NCBI GenBank assembly: GCA_017514665.1
Contig: JAFWIX010000005.1
Span: 26,991-90,990, forward strand
Source: Candidatus Saccharimonadota bacterium
GTDB taxonomy: Bacteria > Patescibacteriota > Saccharimonadia > Saccharimonadales > Saccharimonadaceae
Reading direction: 5' to 3'
DNA length: 64,000 nucleotides
The notes beneath the pieces were generated by a model that worked only from the letters and a program-made list of their open reading frames with translations, did no database searches and had not been told where the DNA came from. Positions within the stretch are counted from its first letter, which is position 1. Each line of letters starts with the position of its first letter. The position numbers were made by a program, and so were the translations under genes. Positions 50,773 through 60,591 of this stretch are shown one piece after another.

Positions 50773-53679
50773 ATGTTAGCTAACATCATCCACTTCATTT
50801 TAATGCCAATCGTCTGGATCCCCATCGTAGCGATTTTAGCTTTTTTGACTTACCGTAATTACAAGAAGCTCAATCAGCTCAAGGTCCTCAATGTCGATTC
50901 AGTACTTTTGATGTTAGAAATTCCTCGTACCAATGACAAGCAAGAGCTCGCCGCCGAACAACTCTTTGCCTCACTCCATGGTATTTTACGTGATGCTAGA
51001 GAGCTCAAAAACTCCGGTGGCGTCCAGGAGCACCTGTCATTTGAAATCGTTTCTACTGGCGGCCAAATTCGTTTCTATGTTTGGGTGCCCAAAATTCTTC
51101 AAAGTTTTGTCGAAGGTCAAATTTACGCCCAATACCCCACCGTCCAAATTTACAAAATCAAAGAAGATTACGTTGATAATTACGATAAATACCCCGTTAC
51201 TTACTCGTCCGAACTCACTCTTACCGACAACGAAGTCTTGCCAATCAAAACTTTTGATAGTTTCGAAGTCGACCCGCTAGCCGGCATTACCGGCACCCTT
51301 GCCAAATTAAACCCTGACAATTCCGAAGAGCTTTGGATTCAAATTCTCACTCGCCCGATTTCTGACGATTGGCACAAAAACACCACCGATCGCTGGGTCA
51401 GGCGCATCAAATCTGGCAAAAGGAGTCTTCGTTTTGGCAATTTTGATTTTGTTTGGTTAATTGAAGCTTTTGGTGCGCTCTTCCAACCACCTGCTGGTGG
51501 CACTAATAGCGAAGTCACAGTCGAACTCAGCGAACGCGACAAGACTCGCATTACCAAAGCCGAAGAAAAGGCCACCAAACTTGGCTACGAAGTCAAAATC
51601 CGCCTTGCTTATCTTGGTAACGACCAAATCAACGCCAAACTTAACATGCAAGCTCTTGTCGGTACCTTCAAGCAATATAATTCCACCAATTTAAATGGCT
51701 TCAAGCAGCTCGGCAGCAGCTTTAATAAAGATAGCCTAGAAGCTTATAAGCTACGTCAATTTAGCGATCATGGCTTTATTCTTAATATTTCCGAGCTTGC
51801 TTCAGTTTATCACTTACCTCACACTTCAGTAGAGACGCCCAATATCGTCTGGGCTTCTTCCAAAACCGCCGAACCGCCAGCCAAATTACCTCTGTTAACA
51901 GGGGACAAGGCTGTGGACGAAAACATTTCCGCTTTTGGTCTCACCAATTTCCGTGGCATTAATCACCAATTTGGCTTGCTTCGCCGCGACCGTTCACGCC
52001 ATGTCTATATCATCGGTCAAACTGGAGCAGGGAAGAGCGGACTTCTAGAGCTCCTTGCGCTCTCAGATATTTTTTACAATCAAGGCTATTGTATTATTGA
52101 TCCACACGGCGACTTTGCCATCAATAATCTCCGTTTTATCCCCAAATCACGCGTCAAAGACGTAGTCTATTTCGATCCTTCTGACACTGCGCACCCCATT
52201 GCTTTTAATCCATTAGAACTGTCCGACGATAATCGCAAGCCTAATGTCTGTTCCGAAGTAATCGGCGTCTTAAAGCGCATGTTTGGCGACTCTTGGGGCC
52301 CTCGCCTCGAGCATATTTTGCGCTACACTTTATTAGCTCTACTAGATCGCCCTGAGACTACCTTACTTGATATTTCACGTATCCTCACCGACAAAGAATT
52401 CCGCAAAGAGACTCTCGAGTATTGTACCGATGTTACAGTCTTACAATTTTGGAAACAAGAATTTGGCCAATGGAACGAGAAACAAGTCAACGAATCTATT
52501 GCTCCAGTACTCAACAAGGTCGGTGCCTTTACCGCCAACCCCATCATTCGTAATATTGTTGGTCAACCCAAATCATCCTTTGACGTTCGTCAAATTATGG
52601 ATGAAGGTAAAATTCTGGTAGTAAACCTTTCCAAAGGCCTAATCGGCGAAGACAACGCCGGCATCCTTGGTGCTTTCCTAGTCACCAAGATTCAACTTGC
52701 CGCTATGAGCCGCTCTGACATCCCCAACATCGCCGACCGTCGTCCGTTCTATCTTTACGTTGATGAATTCCAAAACTTTGCCACTGATTCCTTTGCCGTA
52801 ATTCTATCTGAGGCCCGCAAATACGGCCTTAATCTTACCGTAGCCAATCAATATGTCGCCCAAATGGCCGACGCTGTACGTGACGCCGTCTTTGGCAACG
52901 TGGGTACCACCATTTCTTTCCGTGTCTCTGCCGACGACGCTCCAATTCTCGTCAAACAATTTGAGCCTACTTTTGAAGAGGGTGATTTGATTCAAATGAA
53001 CAATCGTCATTTCGTCATTAGTATGATTATCAATGGTGAAAAAACTCCTGCCTTCTCGGCTACCACTCTATCGATTCCTAAGACTCCAAGTGATAATTTC
53101 GCTGCCATCATTGAACATTCCCGCGCCAATTACACCAGGCCACGCGAAGTAATTGAAAACGAAATTCGCGAAACTATCAATCAGTCCGAAAAATATAAGA
53201 GGGAATTATCAAATTCCGGACGTGTAGCCGGCCAAAATAGTCAAAAATTACAGGGGTCCACCTCTGTTAAAATCCCCGGTCTTGAGCTTAAAACCGGACA
53301 AAAACCGAACTTAAAACCAGCTGATTTACGCAAAGTTTCGCCCAACTCAGTCTCTGGCGAAGACCGTCCGACCCTAAAAGACCTCGGTAAATTAGCGGAA
53401 AAACAAAAATCAGAAAAATCCGCAAAATCCGCTGCAATTTTTTCCGAACCCGCAGGGAAACAGCCGGCCGCTAAACCTCATCGCAAAAAGAGCCATAAAA
53501 GCAAAAAGGCTGATTCCCCCTTAGTTACCCCTGTTAAGACCTCTAAAGCCACCCCTAAAGCTACCTCTAAGCACCCCAGTAAACACAAGAGCTCTACCCC
53601 TGTTAAAACCCCTGTTAAGCACGCTAAGCACTCAGCTAGTGATCATAAAGACGATCATTTACTAACTATAGAACATTAA
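50773..53679 (+). CDS. Type IV secretion coupling protein-like / HerA-FtsK family ATPase
   Basis: N-terminal TM, GQTGAGKS, LYVDEFQN, ILSEARKYGL; K/P/H-rich tail. Confidence 0.85.
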   Translation: MLANIIHFILMPIVWIPIVAILAFLTYRNYKKLNQLKVLNVDSVLLMLEIPRTNDKQELAAEQLFASLHGILRDARELKNSGGVQEHLSFEIVSTGGQIRFYVWVPKILQSFVEGQIYAQYPTVQIYKIKEDYVDNYDKYPVTYSSELTLTDNEVLPIKTFDSFEVDPLAGITGTLAKLNPDNSEELWIQILTRPISDDWHKNTTDRWVRRIKSGKRSLRFGNFDFVWLIEAFGALFQPPAGGTNSEVTVELSERDKTRITKAEEKATKLGYEVKIRLAYLGNDQINAKLNMQALVGTFKQYNSTNLNGFKQLGSSFNKDSLEAYKLRQFSDHGFILNISELASVYHLPHTSVETPNIVWASSKTAEPPAKLPLLTGDKAVDENISAFGLTNFRGINHQFGLLRRDRSRHVYIIGQTGAGKSGLLELLALSDIFYNQGYCIIDPHGDFAINNLRFIPKSRVKDVVYFDPSDTAHPIAFNPLELSDDNRKPNVCSEVIGVLKRMFGDSWGPRLEHILRYTLLALLDRPETTLLDISRILTDKEFRKETLEYCTDVTVLQFWKQEFGQWNEKQVNESIAPVLNKVGAFTANPIIRNIVGQPKSSFDVRQIMDEGKILVVNLSKGLIGEDNAGILGAFLVTKIQLAAMSRSDIPNIADRRPFYLYVDEFQNFATDSFAVILSEARKYGLNLTVANQYVAQMADAVRDAVFGNVGTTISFRVSADDAPILVKQFEPTFEEGDLIQMNNRHFVISMIINGEKTPAFSATTLSIPKTPSDNFAAIIEHSRANYTRPREVIENEIRETINQSEKYKRELSNSGRVAGQNSQKLQGSTSVKIPGLELKTGQKPNLKPADLRKVSPNSVSGEDRPTLKDLGKLAEKQKSEKSAKSAAIFSEPAGKQPAAKPHRKKSHKSKKADSPLVTPVKTSKATPKATSKHPSKHKSSTPVKTPVKHAKHSASDHKDDHLLTIEH

Positions 53680-53922
53680 ACGCCCGTCAAAAAACGGGAA
53701 CTACACCCAGCCAGAAATAAACATAACTAAAATATAGAGGCACACCACAAAAACTTTTGGGGTCTGGAGGTATAAGTTATCGTCTTTTGCAGAAAAACTT
53801 AATGTCGCACAATGTATATTTTACGAAACCAACCCATCCGCCCCCTAGTATATTCACAATACAGCAGAAGAGCAGCATAGCACCATTAAGCACCTAATAA
53901 TACGTTAAAGTTTTGTGTTTAA

Positions 53923-54074
53923 AGGAGCTTGTAAGGGTATTTTCGAGGTATTTTGCGCCCGACGGGGGCGCAAGATAACGAGCGAGGCCCGTAACGCTCA
54001 CCCCTCGGGGCGCGAATTGCCGAAGGCAAACGGGCCCGAGCGAGTGTGCCGAGAAAATACCCTCATAGGCTCCT
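53923..54074. repeat. Multi-stem palindromic element E3
   Basis: AGGAGCTTGTAAGGGTATTTTC / GAAAATACCCTCATAGGCTCCT imperfect IR; inner TTGCCGAAGGCAA, GGCCCGT/ACGGGCC and GCGCCC..GGCGC stems. Confidence 0.7.
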
Positions 54075-54228
54075 ATTTGGCCCAAATTTGACAATTTGAC
54101 AATTCCCTTATTTAATTCCCTATTTTTACTTTTCCATAGCCAATCTCCCCTCCCCTACCCCTATAACAACTCGCATTTTCGTTAATTCACCAGAACAAAA
54201 ACCGAACAGAAGGACAGGGCACCATCGC

Positions 54229-54747
54229 CTATTTATAGTACCCTTTTCCCTCTACACGCACATCAATATACTCAAATTCTCCTCCGTTCAGATATTTAAT
54301 CATTCTATCCGCATCCTCTACGCTCACCCCTGTCCCGCGATCAATATTCATCTTGATATAACCCTTATATCCATCCAAGCTTACTAATAATTCCCTGCTT
54401 TTATCTCTCGGCAAATCCACTCGCGTCATGGTATAACCCAGTTCTTTAAAATCTTGCTCCAACCAAGCAATATATTCTTTAATTCTATTTGACACGCCCA
54501 CGCCAGCTTCATCGTTAATTTCAACCGTTGGCTCCGGCGTGGTCGGCTCAGTATCTGGCTTGATAATTTGATCTTTAAACAGCACTTGCCAGCCCATTAC
54601 GCCCAAGATCGTCAAAATAATCAAAATCAAAACTACCGCTACCACCGACAAAATGCGTTTGTTTTTCATTTTTTTGCGTGCCAACATACGCTCCGACGCC
54701 GATTCTTGTCGTTCCCTTTCCGCTACGATAGTTTGCCCACGCTTCAT
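54229..54747 (-). CDS. Short FtsQ/DivIB-like cell division protein
   Basis: Single TM, C-terminal YIDVRVEGKGYYK; located after murG. Confidence 0.55.
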   Translation of the reverse strand: MKRGQTIVAERERQESASERMLARKKMKNKRILSVVAVVLILIILTILGVMGWQVLFKDQIIKPDTEPTTPEPTVEINDEAGVGVSNRIKEYIAWLEQDFKELGYTMTRVDLPRDKSRELLVSLDGYKGYIKMNIDRGTGVSVEDADRMIKYLNGGEFEYIDVRVEGKGYYK

Positions 54748-55985
54748 TATTCGCTTATCCTCTTTCTACTATTGTCAAGCAAAATTTGCGCGATATTTTT
54801 GGCTGCATCGGTCTGTGCTTGTCCGTGCAAATTCTCCGCCAAAGTCTTGCGCTCTTTCGGGCTTCGTACCAAATGTTTAACTGCTTCTAGTAATACACCT
54901 GGTTGATTTACCATTCTGTCATCACGCACCGTCACCGTTGCTTGCATCTTGGTCAATCTATCGGCATTTTTAACCTGATGACCACCTGGTAACTTTTCAA
55001 AGGGCACTAAGACTACAGCCTTTTTCAAGGCCGCTAGTTCTGCAATTGTAGTGGCGCCAGCGCGCGACACTACCACATCGGCCGCTCCCATAATTTCTTC
55101 CATCACACTACTAAAATTCCATAGTCTAAAGTTTGATACTAGGTGCGCCTTATCCCATTCTTCATAATCTTTCAAGTCCACCATTTCTTCATAATGTTTG
55201 CGTCCAGCAATCAGACCTACGCTAGCAAATTCCAGCATCTCTGGCAAAATATCTCGCATCGCTTCGTTAATATGCACCGAACCTTGACTACCACCCGTCA
55301 CAATTACTAGCGGTTTGTTTTCGTCAAAGCCCAAAGTCTTTTTCAGCGACTTTTGCTTGCTTTCACTCACCGGCTTAAACTCCGCCGCCACTGGCGTACC
55401 GGTAAAAACATGGTGTTCGGCCTGCTCCTCTTCACAAATCCCCATACACACCACAGCGGCATGCTTCATCAATAAGCGATTGGCCAACCCTGGCACTGCA
55501 TCCGACTCATGAATCACATACGGGATTCCCAGCACGCGCGCCACCAACCCCACTGGTAACCCCACAAATCCCCCCTTCAAAAAGATTACATCAGGTCTTT
55601 TATCATAACTAAATAGCCTGACAAAACTTTGCAAAATTCCCCCTATAAACCCGCAAAATCCGACTATATTTCCCCAAATAATATCCTTCAAGGTAATCTG
55701 CCAATTTTCGAAATAATCAATTAGTTTCCAGCCCGCATAACGATGAAACTTCCCGGCCATAATCTTGCGTACTCTAATATAGGGTTTTTTCGCACCACTT
55801 CCCTGTTCTTCTTCGCCCCACCTCATTCCAATTTCTGTTGTAATTTTTACAACGTTTTTATAGTACTTGCGATCAGTCCAGAATTCAATTCTGGTTCTAG
55901 GCTTTAGTTCTAGTAGTTCACGCACTACGGCGACGGCTGGAGTGATATGCCCCCCCGAGCCTCCGCCCACGACTAATACTTTCAT
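54747..55985 (-). CDS. murG: UDP-GlcNAc--lipid I GlcNAc transferase
   Basis: GGGSGGHITP, KGGFV, HESD..PGLANR, GGSQG, SRAGATT. Confidence 0.93.
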   Translation of the reverse strand: MKVLVVGGGSGGHITPAVAVVRELLELKPRTRIEFWTDRKYYKNVVKITTEIGMRWGEEEQGSGAKKPYIRVRKIMAGKFHRYAGWKLIDYFENWQITLKDIIWGNIVGFCGFIGGILQSFVRLFSYDKRPDVIFLKGGFVGLPVGLVARVLGIPYVIHESDAVPGLANRLLMKHAAVVCMGICEEEQAEHHVFTGTPVAAEFKPVSESKQKSLKKTLGFDENKPLVIVTGGSQGSVHINEAMRDILPEMLEFASVGLIAGRKHYEEMVDLKDYEEWDKAHLVSNFRLWNFSSVMEEIMGAADVVVSRAGATTIAELAALKKAVVLVPFEKLPGGHQVKNADRLTKMQATVTVRDDRMVNQPGVLLEAVKHLVRSPKERKTLAENLHGQAQTDAAKNIAQILLDNSRKRISE

Positions 55986-57123
55986 TTCTTACCTCTCTTC
56001 CAGTATAACACGAAAGTTGCAAACATAAACCCAGTGCCCCCGACATTATCAACAAACTCGTGCCGCCATAACTCAAAAGTGGTAATGTAATACCTGTCAA
56101 CGGAATCAATCCCGTCATCGCCATAATATTTACCACTACATGCGCCGCCGCCCACGCAAATGCGCCTATCACCACCAAAGATTGCTCCGACTGCAATCCT
56201 TCCGCTGTTTTAAGCAGTCGCGTCAACAAGATTGCAAAGCAAATCACAATCACCATCAACCCTACAAATCCAAAGGTCTCGCCCATCACCGCAAACACCG
56301 AGTCATTTATCGATTCTGGTAAATATCCCGTCGCCTGTACGCTATTACCAATCCCCACACCAAACAATCCACCTGTGCCAATCGCAATCATCGCATTTTC
56401 AATATGGTAACTACTATTTTCGTCCCCTTCTCCACTAAAGGTCATTAAGCGTTCCAAGCGATGCGGCGAACTCACAACCGCCAAAATCCCAGCCACACCC
56501 ACTGCCGCCAGTATCAACAAAAACCTCTTCATTGGAATGCCACTCATAAATAAAATCGCCAAAATTATCGCTAATATTGACACGCCCGTACCCAAATCTT
56601 TCTGTGCTACCACTACAAAGAATAGCGACACACCGCACACTGCAATAAACGGCAACCAAAAATCCTTGCTCATAGTGTCCAGTCGGCCATCTTTCTGGAA
56701 TTTCGCCACTAATTGCGCCAAATATAACACCAAGCCCAACTTCAAAATTTCCGCCGGCTGTACACTGAGAGAACCCAAACTAAACCACCTACACGCCCCC
56801 AATTGGCAATTTACAATGCTCGCTCCTACCCACGACAAAACCCACATCAAAACACTCAAGCCAATTCCTATAATTACCAACCATTTAGCCCATTTACGAA
56901 TTATTTCGTATGGCACCTTAAACATCAGAGCAAACGCTAGTAACGCCAAAGTCACACTAATCGCTTGGTGAATAAAGAAGTACTGCTCATTATAATCTAG
57001 TCCATAAGCTGAATTTAATACATTCACTCGCATTGGTCCAATTGCATAAATTACAATCAGCCCTAACCCCATTAAAAATATCGTCAAAATACCAATCAAG
57101 CGATCACTACGATGCCTGCGCAT
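55918..57123 (-). CDS. ftsW: SEDS protein FtsW
   Basis: SVQPAEILK, QKDLGT, YLPESINDSVF, LPLLSYGG. Confidence 0.92.
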   Translation of the reverse strand: MRRHRSDRLIGILTIFLMGLGLIVIYAIGPMRVNVLNSAYGLDYNEQYFFIHQAISVTLALLAFALMFKVPYEIIRKWAKWLVIIGIGLSVLMWVLSWVGASIVNCQLGACRWFSLGSLSVQPAEILKLGLVLYLAQLVAKFQKDGRLDTMSKDFWLPFIAVCGVSLFFVVVAQKDLGTGVSILAIILAILFMSGIPMKRFLLILAAVGVAGILAVVSSPHRLERLMTFSGEGDENSSYHIENAMIAIGTGGLFGVGIGNSVQATGYLPESINDSVFAVMGETFGFVGLMVIVICFAILLTRLLKTAEGLQSEQSLVVIGAFAWAAAHVVVNIMAMTGLIPLTGITLPLLSYGGTSLLIMSGALGLCLQLSCYTGREVRNESISRGRRLGGAYHSSRRRSA

Positions 57124-58152
57124 CTAAACGATTCCCCCTGCTGCTGCGATAAATATACCAACCAAAGCAAAAATACCTGCAATTACCCAAAAACGCATCA
57201 CAATCTTGGCTTCACCCCAACCTTTCGCTTCCAGGTGATGATGTATTGGTGCCGATATAAACAACTTTTTCTTAAACACCGCCTTCCAGAACATTTGCAA
57301 AAGTGACGAACCAGCCTCTATTACCAACAATATGCCAATTACCGGAAGCAACAAGAACGCGTTGGTCATCATTGCCACTACGCCGAGGCCCGCACCCAAC
57401 GCAAATGAGCCCACGTCGCCCATCATAAACCGCGCTGGCGGTACATTAAACCACACGTAACTAAGTAACCAACCAATCACCGTCAAACAAAAACCTGCTA
57501 GCATCCATTGGCCCTGAAATAGCGCTATTACGCCATACGCACCATAAGCTAACATCATAATTCCCCCCGCTAAACCATCTAGTCCATCCGAAATATTTAC
57601 CGCATTTGATGTCGACACCACCGCAAAGGCAAACAGTAGTAACATTCCTATCATGCCGATTTCCCAGTTACCAATAAATGGTACGTGTACACTTGTCCAG
57701 CCTAGCCTACTGACAAAGAACCAACCGAGCACCAAGCCGACAATACTAATCAGAGCAAATTTCACCGGTGCACGCAATCCTGCTGCGCCTTTACCATTAC
57801 CAAACACGTTAATCAAATCATCAATTAAGCCCACTAAGCTACCACCAATAAAACCAGCTAGTGGCAACCAAGTTTGTCCACGATCTAAGTTGCAAATCAC
57901 TGTCACAATAAATACTGCCACCACGCCAATCACGCCCGCCATCGTCGGGAACACGCGGTCAAATTTGTGAGCATGCAACTTAGTCATCACTGGCAATTTA
58001 TCGCCCTGCGCTGTGGTTTTCTTCTGCTTCTTCCAAAACTTATATTTATAAGCAAAATGCGTGTAAATCGGCGTCAAAGACATTGATAAAATAAACGCAC
58101 CTAATGTTAGGATCAAGTTGTAAAATAATTCGTTACTAAAATCTGCATTCAT
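57124..58152 (-). CDS. mraY: Phospho-N-acetylmuramoyl-pentapeptide transferase
   Basis: PTMAG, GLIDD, NAVNISDGLDGL, FMMGDVGS, APIHHH. Confidence 0.95.
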   Translation of the reverse strand: MNADFSNELFYNLILTLGAFILSMSLTPIYTHFAYKYKFWKKQKKTTAQGDKLPVMTKLHAHKFDRVFPTMAGVIGVVAVFIVTVICNLDRGQTWLPLAGFIGGSLVGLIDDLINVFGNGKGAAGLRAPVKFALISIVGLVLGWFFVSRLGWTSVHVPFIGNWEIGMIGMLLLFAFAVVSTSNAVNISDGLDGLAGGIMMLAYGAYGVIALFQGQWMLAGFCLTVIGWLLSYVWFNVPPARFMMGDVGSFALGAGLGVVAMMTNAFLLLPVIGILLVIEAGSSLLQMFWKAVFKKKLFISAPIHHHLEAKGWGEAKIVMRFWVIAGIFALVGIFIAAAGGIV

Positions 58153-58172
58153 GGTTCTATTATCTCATATTT

Positions 58173-59906
58173 TTACGCTTTTGGTTTAATTTTTAAATAA
58201 TTCTGAGTGTAGTTACTTAGTTCATCAAATATCGGCATTGCGTGTTTTTCGCCTTCCATATGTTGTCCTGCTCCCCAAATTTTCACCATTATTACGTACT
58301 CAGGCATTTCTCCATCCGTGCCGCCAAACCCTACATAACTAGCAATTGTTTCACCCATTGCATCAGAATAAGTACCGTCCTCTTGAACTACTTGCGCTGT
58401 ACCAGTCTTGCCACCCACAAAATAGCCAGCTTTATCTGTACCATTTGCCTGCCTAGACGCCCTGGTACCACGTAACATATTACGCATTGTTGCACTAGTT
58501 TCTTCACTAATAGTTTCACGCACTGCCGGTTTTGCATCTTTCTTCACAAACTCACCGTTTTTCATAGTCCCCGCTACTATTGTCGGTGTATAATACTTGC
58601 CACCATTAATCACCGAGGAAAACGCGCTCGCTACCTGTACCGTCGTCAAATTTAAACCCTGGCCAAACGTCATATTAGCGTAAGTCAGATCCATTGCCCA
58701 ACCATCATTTGGCTCCACAATATACCCAGGCGATTCGCTTAATTCAATATCAGTATATTGGCCTAAACCAAATCTATCGTGATAATATTCGTATAGCTTT
58801 TGTCGACCCGCTTCACTAATTTCGGTTTCCGATCCCGACAACAACCTCAAAGCCTGTATACTACCGGTATTCAAGGAATAATTTAACACTGTTTGCATAT
58901 TTATTACTCCCAGTTGTCCCTTATAGGCGTTCTCGATTTTTTCGCCATCTATTTCTACCGAACCAGTATTCGTATAAGTAGTCTCTGGCGTCATTACGCC
59001 TTCATTGATTGCCGTGGCAAAAGTAAATACCTTACACACACTAGCTGGCTCATATGGTTCTTCTATTGTGTAGTTAATAAAGCTCTTTGCATCTTCTACG
59101 TCTGCATAATTTGCTGGGTCATAATTCGGTACGTTTGCCATTGCTAAAACTCTACCATCTCTCGGATCCATTACAATTGCACTGGCATTAGTCGCCGCAG
59201 TTCGGTTTACTGCATTAGTTAAAATCTTCTCCACGCCATGTTCTAAATTACGGTCCACGCTTAAAACCACCGTTTCACCGTTTTTAGCTGGCATTCTGAT
59301 ATTATTTTCGCCAATCGACAAAATCACATTGTTAATATCTTTTGTTGTTTTCAGCAGTCCATTCTCCCCCGCTAATAGTTTATCCAAAGAACCTTCCACG
59401 CCATACTGTCCACTACCTTCCATGTTCACAAAACCGAGCAGTCTTGAAGCCAAATCACCTTCTGGGTATACTCTTCTAGTATTTTCTTGCAAAATCACAC
59501 CGTTCAAATCTGCTTCGGCAATTTTTTCCGCCGCTGCTCGTTTCACGTCTTTTGCTATCACAAAATAGCGCAATTCCTTATTCTGGAATGCCTCTTCCCA
59601 GCTAACGATTTTTTGTTCGCCCGCATTCTCGTCTATCACCTGCCTGACCTTCTCTTCATCTACGATCTTCGGATCTATAATCACCGACCATACCGTTTCG
59701 TTCATCGCTATTGGCGCCGGTTCACTACCGTCCATCATGTAAATTTCGCCGCGTTTAGCGATTATCGTATTAGTAGAAGTTTGCTGTTCGTCTGCCTTCG
59801 CCTGCCAATCATCATGCTCTACGATTTGAATGAAAAAAAGTCGAACCGCTATCACCCCTACAATTATTGCTAAACATATTTTGAGGGCCTTGTTTCGACT
59901 TTTCAT
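58173..59906 (-). CDS. ftsI: Class B penicillin-binding protein
   Basis: EPASVCK (SxxK), SLN, KTGTAQ. Confidence 0.88.
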   Translation of the reverse strand: MKSRNKALKICLAIIVGVIAVRLFFIQIVEHDDWQAKADEQQTSTNTIIAKRGEIYMMDGSEPAPIAMNETVWSVIIDPKIVDEEKVRQVIDENAGEQKIVSWEEAFQNKELRYFVIAKDVKRAAAEKIAEADLNGVILQENTRRVYPEGDLASRLLGFVNMEGSGQYGVEGSLDKLLAGENGLLKTTKDINNVILSIGENNIRMPAKNGETVVLSVDRNLEHGVEKILTNAVNRTAATNASAIVMDPRDGRVLAMANVPNYDPANYADVEDAKSFINYTIEEPYEPASVCKVFTFATAINEGVMTPETTYTNTGSVEIDGEKIENAYKGQLGVINMQTVLNYSLNTGSIQALRLLSGSETEISEAGRQKLYEYYHDRFGLGQYTDIELSESPGYIVEPNDGWAMDLTYANMTFGQGLNLTTVQVASAFSSVINGGKYYTPTIVAGTMKNGEFVKKDAKPAVRETISEETSATMRNMLRGTRASRQANGTDKAGYFVGGKTGTAQVVQEDGTYSDAMGETIASYVGFGGTDGEMPEYVIMVKIWGAGQHMEGEKHAMPIFDELSNYTQNYLKIKPKA

Positions 59907-59922
59907 AATCTATATTATATCA

Positions 59923-60276
59923 CTACTCAGCATAGCCGGCAGGAGATGCGTCCTCCATCGCCACAGCCACCTCTGAAGTTTCTGCAGCCGCAATTGAGGT
60001 TAGACGCGCTTTTTCTACTGCCAAATCTTCCTTCTTTGATTGCAAATCGACAATTTCCGTTTCGATTTCGGAAAGTTCATAATCATAGTTCGTCGCTTTA
60101 GTGCCTTGAGCCACATAAATCAGACCAACTATCAGCACGAGCAATCCCACAATCATCGCATGAGAAACCGAACCAAGCGATTTATGCTGATGGCGCACCG
60201 TATTGCGATTCCTAGTCCAAGTAGTAGTCGCAGCCATATCACCACTGCGCCTTGTCATATAAGTCTGGTTCCTCAT
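59923..60276 (-). CDS. ftsL: FtsL-like cell division protein
   Basis: Cytoplasmic tail-TM-coiled coil; lies between rsmH and ftsI. Confidence 0.6.
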   Translation of the reverse strand: MRNQTYMTRRSGDMAATTTWTRNRNTVRHQHKSLGSVSHAMIVGLLVLIVGLIYVAQGTKATNYDYELSEIETEIVDLQSKKEDLAVEKARLTSIAAAETSEVAVAMEDASPAGYAE

Positions 60277-60330
60277 TTTTTTATTTTTGTTTTTAACTCC
60301 AAATTAGTTTTTATGTTTGTTTTTTGTTTC

Positions 60331-60476
60331 CTAGTCCGGAGCGCCTACACTAGCACCACCATCGATAACTAATGCGCTACTCCGGGAAGGTCATGTAGTT
60401 TTTGACACACTCTACTGTCTAATAATCACAGAGTGGTGGACCTTATTAGGGTCCTCGCAAGTAAAATTCCGACTAA
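60331..60476 (-). ncRNA. Structured RNA element between the microprotein ORF and ftsL
   Basis: Closing TAGTCCGGA/TCCGACTA stem enclosing GGACC/GGTCC, ACTCT/AGAGT, GTCA/TGAC and CCGGAGCGC..GCGC..CTCCGG hairpins. Confidence 0.5.
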
Positions 60477-60478
60477 AA

Positions 60479-60547
60479 TCATTTGACGAACTTTACTTGA
60501 ACTTTTTGGGCACGAGATCTACTCGTAACAACGATTTTGCGTGGCAT
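60479..60547 (-). CDS. Unannotated 22-aa basic microprotein MPRKIVVTSRSRAQKVQVKFVK
   Basis: AAGGAGGG SD 7 nt upstream of ATG; TGA stop; co-oriented with the dcw operon. Confidence 0.55.
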   Translation of the reverse strand: MPRKIVVTSRSRAQKVQVKFVK

Positions 60548-60591
60548 ATATTTGCCCTCCTTTTTGTTTATGTTTTTTTGTTTTTATCAAT

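Noticed and set aside
54140-54165. G-quadruplex motif GGGGTAGGGGAGGGG on the minus strand
   Set aside because: Only three long G-tracts; insufficient for a confident intramolecular G4
54190-54232. Fluoride riboswitch-like start GGCGATGGTG on the minus strand
   Set aside because: No downstream CTGATGAC/pseudoknot segment and no fluoride-resistance gene follows
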